A DNA stretch of 64,000 bases from Vicinamibacterales bacterium. Its GTDB lineage: Bacteria; Acidobacteriota; Vicinamibacteria; Vicinamibacterales; JAMQPK01. A model generated the notes under the pieces. That model had not been told where the DNA came from and made no database searches. It was given only the letters and a program-made list of their open reading frames with translations. The stretch covers positions 636,061 to 700,060 of the forward strand of contig CAVVBP010000012.1 of assembly GCA_963746535.1 (NCBI GenBank), read 5' to 3'. Positions within the stretch are counted from its first letter, which is position 1. Each line of letters opens with the position of its first letter. Positions 41,393-50,345 of this stretch are shown piece by piece. The position numbers were made by a program, and so were the translations under genes.

Positions 41393-42262
41393 TCACACAA
41401 TGACGACAGGGTTCCGGAGAACGCCTATCCTGGGAATCTCGACTTCGACCACGTCGCCTTCGGCAAGCGTGAACTCGTCGGGAGGCACAATGCCCGTTCC
41501 AGTCAGCAGCATCGCACCGTTCGGAAATTTCTGGGACCGGAACAAGTACGACGCGAGCTCGTTGAAGCTTCTCTTGATATTGCCGACAGACGTGTCGCCG
41601 GAAAACACCGGCTTTCCGCCCCGGTGGATCGCGATGCGAATCGTCCAGTCACGGACCTCGGATTCGGTTGCGCCGAGGAGCATCCAGGGCGCGATGGCGC
41701 AGGACCGATCGTAGACCTTGGCCTGGGGCAGATAGAGGAGATTCTCACCTTCGATGTCGCGCGAGCTCATGTCGTTGCCGATCGTGCAGCCGACCACGCT
41801 GCCGCGAGAGTTCAGCACGAGCACCAGTTCCGGTTCGGGCACGCTCCAGCGCGCGTCGCGCCGGATGCCGACCGCGTCGCCGCCCGTGACGACCTTTTCC
41901 GCAATCGACTTGAAGAAGATTTCAGGCCGATCGGCGTCGTACACCCGATCGTAGGCCGTCGCGCTGAAATCGGACTCCTCCATCCGGGCGGTCTTGCTGC
42001 GGAGGTAGGTCACACCGGCCGCCCAGATTTCCTGGCGCTCGACCGGAGGGGCGAACCGTATTTTGGAGGCCTCGTGCCGCGCGGACGTTCCGCGAGCGCG
42101 CTGGCTCACTGCCTCGACGGGATTCCCACTCTCCAAGAGCTCGGTCACCCCTCCAGCGCCCGCCGGTCCCAGATCGAGCACGTGCGTGCCCCCATCGTCG
42201 AGCCCGATGCGAACGTCGTTGTTTGCGCCGACAAAACGGCAAATCTTCACTGCGTCAGACAA
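41393..42262 (-). CDS. FAH-family 2-keto-3-deoxypentonate dehydratase (KdaD/XylX-like)
   Basis: QEIWAAGVTYLRS, RPEIFFK, VPEPEL and NDMSSRDIEGENLLYLPQAK. Confidence 0.87.
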   Translation of the reverse strand: MSDAVKICRFVGANNDVRIGLDDGGTHVLDLGPAGAGGVTELLESGNPVEAVSQRARGTSARHEASKIRFAPPVERQEIWAAGVTYLRSKTARMEESDFSATAYDRVYDADRPEIFFKSIAEKVVTGGDAVGIRRDARWSVPEPELVLVLNSRGSVVGCTIGNDMSSRDIEGENLLYLPQAKVYDRSCAIAPWMLLGATESEVRDWTIRIAIHRGGKPVFSGDTSVGNIKRSFNELASYLFRSQKFPNGAMLLTGTGIVPPDEFTLAEGDVVEVEIPRIGVLRNPVVIV

Positions 42263-43325
42263 TCGACAGCACCTTAATCGGCTCGTTCACGGGAGCCGCG
42301 ATACGGACCGCATTTCGCAGCGGCCGGCCGAATCCTTCGAACTGAATCGCCATCACATCGCCGTCTACGAGCCGAACGCCGTCGGCGAAGCTCAGCGTGT
42401 GGGCTCCATAGTAGTGCACGTGCACGTCACCGGGCCGCCGGTGCGCCTCGAACTTGAAGTGATGATGCTCGATGTTCGCAACGGTGTGACACATCTCGCG
42501 CTCGCCGGTTGCAATCGCGCGCTGCCAGATCGTCTGGCCGGCCCGTTCGACGCTCACCAGGCCCGGCACGAGATCGAAGACCGGATCGATCACCAGCTCG
42601 GGACCCAGCCCGCAGGTCCGGAGCTTCGAGCCCGCGAGGTTCAGGTAGTTCCGCTTCTCGAACGTGTGATCGGAAAACTCGTTGCCGGCGGCCATCCCGA
42701 TGCGGCGTGGACGCCCCTCGGCATCGACCACATAGACCCCGGCGACCTCGGCCTCGTCACCGCCATCTTCCGCGTATCCGGGCACCTCCAGCACGTCGCC
42801 GCTCGTGCGCAGCACCGTCCCGTTGCCTTTGTAGAACCATTCAGGTGCCGCGCCGATTCTTCCCGCGTCCGGGCGGCCGCCCTCGAGGCCCATCCGAAAC
42901 ATCCGCATGCTGTCGGTCAAGTCTTCCTTGATCCGGGGGCCCCTGCCCCCCGGATCGCTCGCTTCACTCGCGGGGGCCCCTTCGCCCCGCTCCGTTACGC
43001 TCGCATGCCCGTGCATCTGATCGCGACTAACGGCGCTGCCGTAATGTGTCAATCCGGTGCCCGATACGAGACACCGCGCCGGTTCGGGATGATCGATCGG
43101 CACGAGCAGGCGCCATGGCGACGTCCCCGAGTAGACCGCATCGTAGTCGAGGCATTCCGACGTCACGCGGCGATCGATGAGCGTCTTCAACGGCACTCGG
43201 GCGGCGATGGCGTCGCCGGCCAGCGCGAACACCGATTCGGTGTCGGCGAGCAGTCGCAACGACGGTTCATCGACGCGAGCGACGCGCCTGGTCGAACCCT
43301 GCCGCAACTGCACGACACGGGTCAT
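42255..43325 (-). CDS. GguC/AraD1-family FAH-like protein (alternative start 43340)
   Basis: VSGTGLTH, LTDSMRMF, PEWFYKG, EDGGDEAE and NEFSDH. Confidence 0.85.
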   Translation of the reverse strand: MTRVVQLRQGSTRRVARVDEPSLRLLADTESVFALAGDAIAARVPLKTLIDRRVTSECLDYDAVYSGTSPWRLLVPIDHPEPARCLVSGTGLTHYGSAVSRDQMHGHASVTERGEGAPASEASDPGGRGPRIKEDLTDSMRMFRMGLEGGRPDAGRIGAAPEWFYKGNGTVLRTSGDVLEVPGYAEDGGDEAEVAGVYVVDAEGRPRRIGMAAGNEFSDHTFEKRNYLNLAGSKLRTCGLGPELVIDPVFDLVPGLVSVERAGQTIWQRAIATGEREMCHTVANIEHHHFKFEAHRRPGDVHVHYYGAHTLSFADGVRLVDGDVMAIQFEGFGRPLRNAVRIAAPVNEPIKVLSIV

Positions 43326-43336
43326 CGCTCCCGCGT

Positions 43337-43891
43337 TCATCTCCATTTGATGTTGCAGCCGATGCTCGGACGTTGCTCGGTAGAGATGGCCCGGCCCGCG
43401 ATAACGGCGTCGAGCGCGGCGCGCAGGTCCTTTCCGGTCACGGGGATGTCGTTCCCCGGACGGCTGTCGTCGAGCTGGCCGCGGTAGACGAGCTTGCCCT
43501 GGCCGTCGTAGAGAAAGAAGTCGGGCGTGCACTGCGCGTCGTACGCGCGAGCCACCTGCTGCGATTCGTCGAACAGATACGGGAAGTTGAAATCGAGCTC
43601 CTTTGCCTGATAGGCCAGCTTCGTAGGGCTGTCCTCAGGATGCGACGTCACGTCGTTCGCGCTGATGGCGACCATACCCACGCCACGGCCGGCGTACTCG
43701 CGCGCGATGCGGGCGAGCTCGTCCTGCACGTGCTTCACGAACGGACAGTGCCGGCAGATGAACATCGCCAGCATTCCCTTCGGACCTGCAACGGATTGTC
43801 GTGACACGTGTTTGCCGGTCACGACGTCCGGAAGCGAGAAGTCGGGAGCGTCGGTGCCCAGCTCTTTCATGGACGAGGGTGTTCGGGCCAT
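43337..43891 (-). CDS. Thioredoxin/AhpC-TSA-like redoxin
   Basis: APDFSLP, FICRHCPFV, AQCTPDFF and PSIGCNIKW. Confidence 0.9.
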   Translation of the reverse strand: MARTPSSMKELGTDAPDFSLPDVVTGKHVSRQSVAGPKGMLAMFICRHCPFVKHVQDELARIAREYAGRGVGMVAISANDVTSHPEDSPTKLAYQAKELDFNFPYLFDESQQVARAYDAQCTPDFFLYDGQGKLVYRGQLDDSRPGNDIPVTGKDLRAALDAVIAGRAISTEQRPSIGCNIKWR

Positions 43892-43911
43892 GGGTTATAG
43901 TCTCTGACACT

Positions 43912-46383
43912 ATGAACAATCGGATCAAACTCGTCGCATGCGCGATTGCGGCTGTCGCCACCGGTGCGCTTTTCGCGCAGCAGCCGCCGGCGGCAGATAC
44001 CGTGACCAATCCGCTGGCGGCCAGCTTGACCGCCGCCGCGGAGGGCCAACGGACGTTTGACGGCACCTGCCAGACATGCCACGGCGCCGCCGGTGTGGGC
44101 GATCCCGGGCGCGGCGGTCCCGCGCTGAACACCACGGGATTGAAGCAAGGCGACAGCGACGCCGACCTCTTCCGCACGATCCGCCAGGGCGTCCAGGGCA
44201 CGCAGATGCCGCCCTACAAGGGCCTTCGCGACGAGCAGGTGTGGCAGCTCGTCAGCTACATTCGAAGCCTTCAGAGCACCGCGGCGTCTACCGGACCATC
44301 GCGCGGCGCCATTATGCCGGAAGGAGACATCGCGGCGGGCGAATTGCTCTTCTTCGGCCGCGCCGGCTGTGCCGGCTGTCACGAGATTAACGCGCGCGGC
44401 GGCGTGACCGGTCCCGATCTGTCCAACGCCGGCCGCCTGACCACGGTGGCCATCCGTCAGAAAATCATGGCGCCGAACGAGCCGCTGCCGCCCGTGCCGG
44501 GCGCGCGCGGCGGCGGCGGGGGACGCGGTGGTCCTCCTCCGGTGACCCTCGTCTTCAAGGGAGCCGACGGACGTGATGTTCGCGGCGTGCGAAGAAACGA
44601 AGACACGTTCTCCGCTCAAATCGTCGACGCCTCGGGCCGTCTCCATCTGATCGACAAGAACAAGACGCCCGTCACCGTCGAGAATCAGTCGCTGATGCCG
44701 AACGATTATGCGAAGCGGCTGTCGGCCGACGACATCACCAACCTCGTGGGCTTCCTCCGGATGCAGCAGGCGCGCGACCTCAGCAAGACGGTCGCGCAGC
44801 AAATCACCGGCGGCATTCCGTATCAGCGTCTGGTCAATACGAGCGCAGAGCCGCACAACTGGCCGATGTACTGGGGCAACTACCAGGGCACGCACTATTC
44901 CCCGCTGACGCAAATCACCGCGGCGAACGCACGTCAGTTGAAGCCGGCCTGGAGCTTCCCGGTCCTCGGCGGGAATTCCGTGCTCGAAGCGACGCCGATT
45001 GTCGTCGACGGCGTCATGTATACGACCGGCAGCGGCAGTCCGGCCACCGTGACGGCACTCGACGCCCGGACGGGCCGTCAGATCTGGCGCTGGACGCGTC
45101 AGCAGAAAACAGTCAACCCGTACGAGATCAACCCGTTCGCCCGAGGCGTCGCCATGCTCGGCAATCGGCTGTTCGTCGGTACGCTCGACGGATGGCTCAT
45201 CGCGATCGACGCGCGAACCGGCCAGTCGCTGTGGGAAGTGGAAGTCGTCGACACGATGGAAGGATCGAGCATCACGAGCCCGCCTCTCGTCCTGAAGGAC
45301 ATGGTGATCACGGGCATGACCGGCGGCGAGTACGCGACGCGAGGACACCTCGACGCCTACGACGCCGCGACCGGGACGCGCCGGTGGCGCATGTACACCG
45401 TTCCCGCGCCTGGTGAATTCGGCAACGACACGTGGAAAGGCGAGAGTTGGAAGACCGGCGGCGCACCCACGTGGCTGACCGGCACGTTCGATCCCGAGCT
45501 CAATCTCGTGTTCTGGCCCATCGGCAATCCGGCGCCCGAATTCGATCGCGTTGCGCGCGGCGAGATGGACAACCTCTTCAGCAATTCCGTCATCGCGCTC
45601 GATCCCGACACGGGCAAGATGAAGTGGCACTACCAGTTCACGCCCGATGACGGGCACGACTGGGATTCGGTGCAGGACATGATGCTGGTCGATCGCGTGT
45701 GGCGCGGCGAGAAGCGCAAGCTGCTGATGCACGCCGATCGCAACGGCCACTTCTACGTGCTCGACAGAACGAATGGCAAGTTCCTGTCCGGCACGCCGTT
45801 CATCTATCAGAACTGGAACGCGGGGTTCGACGCGAACGGACGGCCGAAGCCGATTCCGGGCACGAACTCGACGGAAAAGGGCAGCGTGCTCGTGTATCCG
45901 ACCGTCGGAGGTGCGACGAACTTCCAGGCGCCGTCCTACAGCCCGCTGACGGGATGGTTCTATCTCGCGTTCTCCGAAGGTGGCGCCGTATATACGAGCG
46001 CCACACAGACCGTCACGCGCGGGCAGCAGTACCTCGGGCGGGGCCGGGCTGCAGGACCGCCGCCGGCTCGCGGTCCGAATCAGCCGGCGCCCAACGCCGG
46101 CATCAAGGCTCTCGATCCGGAAACCGGTAAGACCATGTGGTTGTATCCGCTCTTCCAGGGCTCGCTCACCAACGGCGTGCTCGCCACCGGCGGCAACGTC
46201 CTGTTCGTCTCTTCGCGCGACGGCAACATCGTCGCGCTCGACGCGAAGACGGGGAAATATCTCTGGCACTTCCAGACCGGCGGCAATCACTCGGCATCCC
46301 CGCTGAGCTACGCGATCGACGGCCGGCAGTTTGTCGCTCTCGCGGCGGGCAACGTGGTGTTCAGCTTCACTGTACAGGAGTAG
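43912..46383 (+). CDS. Secreted PQQ-dependent dehydrogenase fused to two N-terminal cytochrome c domains
   Basis: Signal peptide; CQTCH and CAGCH; PQQ propeller motifs YSPLTQI, EATPIVVDG, GGEY, GNPAP and HDWD. Confidence 0.9.
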   Translation: MNNRIKLVACAIAAVATGALFAQQPPAADTVTNPLAASLTAAAEGQRTFDGTCQTCHGAAGVGDPGRGGPALNTTGLKQGDSDADLFRTIRQGVQGTQMPPYKGLRDEQVWQLVSYIRSLQSTAASTGPSRGAIMPEGDIAAGELLFFGRAGCAGCHEINARGGVTGPDLSNAGRLTTVAIRQKIMAPNEPLPPVPGARGGGGGRGGPPPVTLVFKGADGRDVRGVRRNEDTFSAQIVDASGRLHLIDKNKTPVTVENQSLMPNDYAKRLSADDITNLVGFLRMQQARDLSKTVAQQITGGIPYQRLVNTSAEPHNWPMYWGNYQGTHYSPLTQITAANARQLKPAWSFPVLGGNSVLEATPIVVDGVMYTTGSGSPATVTALDARTGRQIWRWTRQQKTVNPYEINPFARGVAMLGNRLFVGTLDGWLIAIDARTGQSLWEVEVVDTMEGSSITSPPLVLKDMVITGMTGGEYATRGHLDAYDAATGTRRWRMYTVPAPGEFGNDTWKGESWKTGGAPTWLTGTFDPELNLVFWPIGNPAPEFDRVARGEMDNLFSNSVIALDPDTGKMKWHYQFTPDDGHDWDSVQDMMLVDRVWRGEKRKLLMHADRNGHFYVLDRTNGKFLSGTPFIYQNWNAGFDANGRPKPIPGTNSTEKGSVLVYPTVGGATNFQAPSYSPLTGWFYLAFSEGGAVYTSATQTVTRGQQYLGRGRAAGPPPARGPNQPAPNAGIKALDPETGKTMWLYPLFQGSLTNGVLATGGNVLFVSSRDGNIVALDAKTGKYLWHFQTGGNHSASPLSYAIDGRQFVALAAGNVVFSFTVQE

Positions 46384-46387
46384 CGTC

Positions 46388-47548
46388 ATGCGCGTGAAAA
46401 GCACGGTCGTCCTCGGCGTGATGCTGTGGTCGTTTGCGGTGTCCGTCCCGGTATGGGCGCAGCAGTACGACGCGCGGCGCAATGGCGACGTCGTTCAGCT
46501 CGAGGACAAGAAGAACGAGACGGTCGTGTCGATCATCACGTCGGTCGGGATGATGGCCTACGAGATGAAGGTGAAAGGCCAGAACGTGCTGCGGTTCCCG
46601 TTCAAGTCGATCGATGAGTTCAAGGTGAAACCGGCGGGCCTGCACGGCATTCCGCTGCTCGCGCCGTGGGCGAATCGCCTCGACGAGCAGGCGTTCTACG
46701 CCAACGGCAAGCGCTATGCGTTCGACATGAGCCTGGGAAACGTGACCGGCGCCATTCCGATTCACGGCTTCATGAGCCGTACCGATCAGTGGCAGGTCGT
46801 CGACGTGAAGGCCGACGGCAAGGCCGCATGGGTGACGAGCCGGCTCGACACGAGCAAGCAGGCCGACTGGATGAAGCAGTGGCCGTTCGCGCACACGATG
46901 GACGTGACCTACCGGCTGCAGGACGGGACGCTGGAAGTCATCACGAAGATCACGAATCACGCTCCCGATCCGATGCCCGTCTCGCTCGGATGGCATCCGT
47001 ACTATCAGTTGACGGACTCGCCGCGCGAAGAGTGGACGGTGACGATTCCGGCGCGCGCCCGCTGGCTGCTCGACTATCGCAAGGTGCCGACCGGCGCCAC
47101 CGAATCGACGGCCAAGTTCTTTCCGAACAACCGCGGCACGTTGAAGGACTACAACCTGGACGACGTGTTCGGCGATCTCATCAAAGATTCGCAGGGGCGC
47201 GCAACGGTCGTGTTGAAGGGACGCAAGCAGCAACTCGAAATCAGTCAGGGACCGAATTACAGGTCGCTGGTTATTTACTCGCCAAATCCCCTGAACACCG
47301 GACTCGGCAGCCAGATTCCGCCGCCGAATCCGAATGCGCCGGCCGCGACACCGCCTCCCGCGCCCGCGCGCGGTGGCACGCCTCCGGCAAATCCACTAGC
47401 GACGCCGAACTTCATCTGCTTCGAGCCGATGGCCGGCATTACCAACGCGTTGAATCTCGCGCACAAGGGCGTTTATAAAGAGCTTCAGTACATCAAGCCG
47501 GGCGGCACGTGGCAGGAAAGTTTCTGGATCAGACCATCCGGATTCTAG
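46388..47548 (+). CDS. Secreted aldose 1-epimerase (mutarotase) family protein
   Basis: Signal peptide; LAPWANRL, IHGF, GWHPY, LDDVF and FICFEPM. Confidence 0.88.
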   Translation: MRVKSTVVLGVMLWSFAVSVPVWAQQYDARRNGDVVQLEDKKNETVVSIITSVGMMAYEMKVKGQNVLRFPFKSIDEFKVKPAGLHGIPLLAPWANRLDEQAFYANGKRYAFDMSLGNVTGAIPIHGFMSRTDQWQVVDVKADGKAAWVTSRLDTSKQADWMKQWPFAHTMDVTYRLQDGTLEVITKITNHAPDPMPVSLGWHPYYQLTDSPREEWTVTIPARARWLLDYRKVPTGATESTAKFFPNNRGTLKDYNLDDVFGDLIKDSQGRATVVLKGRKQQLEISQGPNYRSLVIYSPNPLNTGLGSQIPPPNPNAPAATPPPAPARGGTPPANPLATPNFICFEPMAGITNALNLAHKGVYKELQYIKPGGTWQESFWIRPSGF

Positions 47549-47558
47549 GAGACTTGAA

Positions 47559-48680
47559 ATGAGATCAAGGGATTAGGGATTAGGGGTTGGGGATTAGGTC
47601 TGAACGTACGCGAGTCACGCTGTCCTTCGCTGATTTTGCTGACCGCGATTTCCGGGTGCGGCGGCGGTACGCCGCCATCCGAGCAAGCCGCGGCGCCGCC
47701 GCCTGCAGCGCCGGCCCCCGAGCCGCCGAAGGCGCCGTACTACGTCTACGTCACCAATGAAATCGGCGGCGATCTGACCGTCATCGATGGCGGCACCAAC
47801 CAGGTCGTCACGACGATCGCGCTCGGCAAGAGACCGAGGGGCATCAAGGTGAGCCCGGATGGCACGAAGCTGTTCGTCGCGTTGAGCGGGTCGCCGATGG
47901 CGCCGCCGGGAACGGATGAGAGCAAGCTGCCGCCACCCGACCGCACCGCCGACGGCGTGGGCGTGGTCGACATCGCGTGCGCGGAAGGTCACGACCGTGC
48001 TGACCAGCGGATCGGATCCGGAACAGATTTCGCTGAGCGCGGACGGTTCGAAGGTTTACGTGTCGAACGAGGACGCGGGCGTGGCGAGCATCATCGACGT
48101 CGCCACCAACAAGATCGTCGGGGAAGTGAAAGTCGGGGGCGAGCCAGAGGGAGTCACGACGAGCCCGAACGGTCAGTGGGTGTACGTCACGTCGGAAGAG
48201 GACAATCAGATTACGGTCATCGACACCGCCACGAACAAGGTGATCAAGCAGTTCGAGGTCGGCGCGCGCCCCCGATCGTCGGAATTTCTGCCCGACAGCT
48301 CGAAGGCGTACATCACGGCCGAGAACGGCGGCACCGTGCACGTCATCAACACGAAAAATCACTCGGTGACCAAGACGCTGAAGATCACCGGCGAGCTCGC
48401 GAGGCCGATGGGCGTCACCGCCGCGCCCGACGGCAAGCGCGTGTACGTCACCACCGGCCGGGGCACGATGCTCCTTGCCATCGATACGGCCAAAGACGAG
48501 GTCGTGGCATCCGTGAAGGCGGGCCAGCGCCCGTGGGGTGTGGGCATTTCGCCCGACGGCAAGCGGCTCTACACCGCCAACGGCCCGTCGAACGACATCT
48601 CGGTCATCGACGCCGAGACGATGGCGGTCATCGCGACGGTGCCCGGCGGCCGGAGTCCGTGGGGCGTCGCTATCAGATGA
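47559..48680 (+). CDS. YVTN beta-propeller lipoprotein; frameshift about 47978, start uncertain
   Basis: Lipobox-like AISGC, repeated YVTNE/YVSNE/SPDG blades, AGGAGA before ATG 47559. That ATG is out of frame with the downstream ORF starting at 47636. Confidence 0.8.
47568..47598. repeat. Heptamer tandem repeat (AGGGATT)x4
   Basis: agggatt agggatt aggggtt ggggatt agg. Confidence 0.75.
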
Positions 48681-48688
48681 TCACCGTC

Positions 48689-48746
48689 ATGGCAGATGGC
48701 AGATGGCAAATGGCAGAGAGCACGTAGTGTCCGGCTTTAGCCGGAC
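48689..48746. repeat. (ATGGCAR)x4 heptamer array followed by a GTAG REP
   Basis: atggcagatggcagatggcaaatggcag, then GTAGTGTCCGGCTTTAGCCGGAC at 48724-48746. Confidence 0.82.
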
Positions 48747-49253
48747 CGATGACGCGTTCGGCCCGCCTTCGCACCTCATCCGAAGTCCGGCTCGTTTCGG
48801 CAGAGCTCGCCTGAATCCATCAAGCGACCGGCTGACTGTCACGGCCTCACGAATCCGAAGCTACGGCGCCGGGCCGCGCTGCGATGCCGCGACAGGCCAC
48901 GAGACGCGATCACACTGACTCCGCACTTCGTGCTCGCTCGTCTCCCTCGGGCTTCTCGCGCGACCAGGCTTCCCGACTCGGCGACCTCCGCACGGATTCG
49001 CGAGGCCGTGCCAGTCAGCCGATCGCTCCCGCCGAGCAGTGGACTGTGGATGAACGTCCGGGTCAGCACGTCTGCCTCGGCGAGGTCCTTACAGCCAATC
49101 GCCGGTCCGCGCGTTCATCCTGCGTCGATAAGATCAGCGCCTTGAGAAGGTTACTCTGTGTGTCTCCTGGGGCAGTTCACGTCATTGCCTGCGAAATTCT
49201 GGCAGTCAACCACCGCGTCGCAGTCAGCGCAGGATCGCGGCTTCGTGCGAGAG

Positions 49254-49496
49254 CAGATCGCGTTGATGCTGCGCCCGGAGCAAGGGCCGATCATTCAGGG
49301 CTCCGGAGGGCTGCGCAAGATCCGATAGGCAACCCCCGGCACGGGCAAGCGCGGCGGGCTGCGAGTCATCTACTACTGGGCACCCCACGACCAAGCGTTC
49401 TACATGTTGTACGTCTACACGAAGCATGAGCAGGGTGATTTGACTTCGGCGCAGACGCGACAGCTTGGCCGTGTGGTTCGGGAGGAGTTCAAATGA
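49254..49496 (+). pseudogene. higB: HigB-2/RelE-family toxin remnant, 5'-truncated, with an in-frame TAG
   Basis: QIALMLRPEQGPIIQGSGGLRKIR*ATPGTGKRGGLRVIYYW...YVYTKHEQGDLT...EEFK*. TAG at 49326-49328 sits where the family usually has Trp. Confidence 0.85.
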
Positions 49497-49804
49497 AGGA
49501 CGCGGCATTTCAGGCCTTACTCACCAGCGTGCGGCAGGCCGGACAGATTCGACGCGGGACACGACAGCCATCCAGAACGACTATCTTCCGCCCGACGGAT
49601 GTACAGGCCGTCCGTGTGAAGTTCGGCGCGTCACAAACGGAGTTCGCACTCATGATCGGGGTCAGCGTGGCAACGCTCCGCAATTGGGAACAAGGCCGTC
49701 GGACACCGGACGGTCCGGCGTTGGCTCTGCTCCGGGTGGCGGCGCGAAATCCCAAGGCTGTGATCCAGGCACTGCACACAAAACCCAAAAAAGGGGCGGC
49801 ATAA
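49493..49804 (+). CDS. higA: HigA-2/NadS-like XRE HTH antitoxin
   Basis: SQTEFALMIGVSVATLRNWEQGRRTPDGPALALL; ATGA overlap with the toxin; GGAGGAG RBS. Confidence 0.9.
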   Translation: MKDAAFQALLTSVRQAGQIRRGTRQPSRTTIFRPTDVQAVRVKFGASQTEFALMIGVSVATLRNWEQGRRTPDGPALALLRVAARNPKAVIQALHTKPKKGAA

Positions 49805-49881
49805 CATTCAAATGGAGCCGACGCGCTTGACTGTCCGTGTATCGCGTCGGTGCCGCGCGCGGCTCATTTGCAACGTTGATA
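49799..49881 (+). mobile_element. Integron attC recombination site (solitary)
   Basis: R'' GCATAAC contains the higA stop. CAAATG(G)AGCCG(A)CGCGC pairs with GCGCGCGGCTCATTTG, leaving two extrahelical bases. R' is GTTGATA. Confidence 0.82.
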
Positions 49882-49891
49882 TGACGTCAGT

Positions 49892-50185
49892 CTAGATTTT
49901 AGATTCAGCGTCAGCTCCTACCACCGTCGTCCACTCGCGCACATGCCATCGTTGGACGACGCCGTTCGTCACGTAGGGATCGGTCTTCGCAAACTGCTCC
50001 GCGGCGGCTGACGAATCGCCGCGGAACAGCAGCACGGCTCCATCGATTGGATCCGCCAGCGCGCCGCCAAGCACGAGCGCGCCGCGTGCGACCGCGTTAC
50101 GCGCGTGCTGGAGATGTGCCGCCCGGAACGGCTGCCGCCGTTCCGCATAATCCGCACCGGCTTCGTAGAACAACAAATAGTGCAT
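49892..50185 (-). CDS. YciI-like protein
   Basis: MHYLLFY, RAAHL, LGGALADP and DPYVTNG. Confidence 0.88.
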   Translation of the reverse strand: MHYLLFYEAGADYAERRQPFRAAHLQHARNAVARGALVLGGALADPIDGAVLLFRGDSSAAAEQFAKTDPYVTNGVVQRWHVREWTTVVGADAESKI

Positions 50186-50188
50186 GTG

Positions 50189-50341
50189 GGGTTCCTGTTC
50201 CGGTTCCGGTTCCCGTTCGGGTTCCAAGTGCTGGTTCTGTTCGAGTTCCTGGTGCTGGTTCTGTTCGGGCACCGGGAACTGAACCCGGAACCATGAACAG
50301 AATCCTGAACCAGAACCGGAACGGGAACTGGAACCGGAACC
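50189..50341. repeat. Inverted degenerate array (GGTTCN)n/(NGAACC)n
   Basis: ggttcctgttccggttccggttcccgttc ... gaaccagaaccggaacgggaactggaaccggaacc. Confidence 0.8.
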
Positions 50342-50345
50342 CTTC

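Noticed and set aside
43867-46482. Long antisense or alternate-frame ORFs (also 5164-6513, 11353-12846, 40514-42277, 2995-4674)
   Set aside because: These are shadow ORFs expected at high GC. They overlap well-supported genes and have no motifs.
48839-49069. Integron integrase remnant upstream of the cassette
   Set aside because: No tyrosine recombinase motifs (HxLRHS, LLGH) were found. The HSPL..DRL resemblance is too weak.
49326-49328. Stop-codon readthrough or pyrrolysine in higB
   Set aside because: TAG is a normal stop in many genes here, no pyl genes are present, and the gene also lacks its 5' end.
50186-50272. EPEPEQ-rich N-terminal extension of YciI
   Set aside because: It is a translation of the intergenic repeat array. 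The family-like sequence begins at MHYLLFY.
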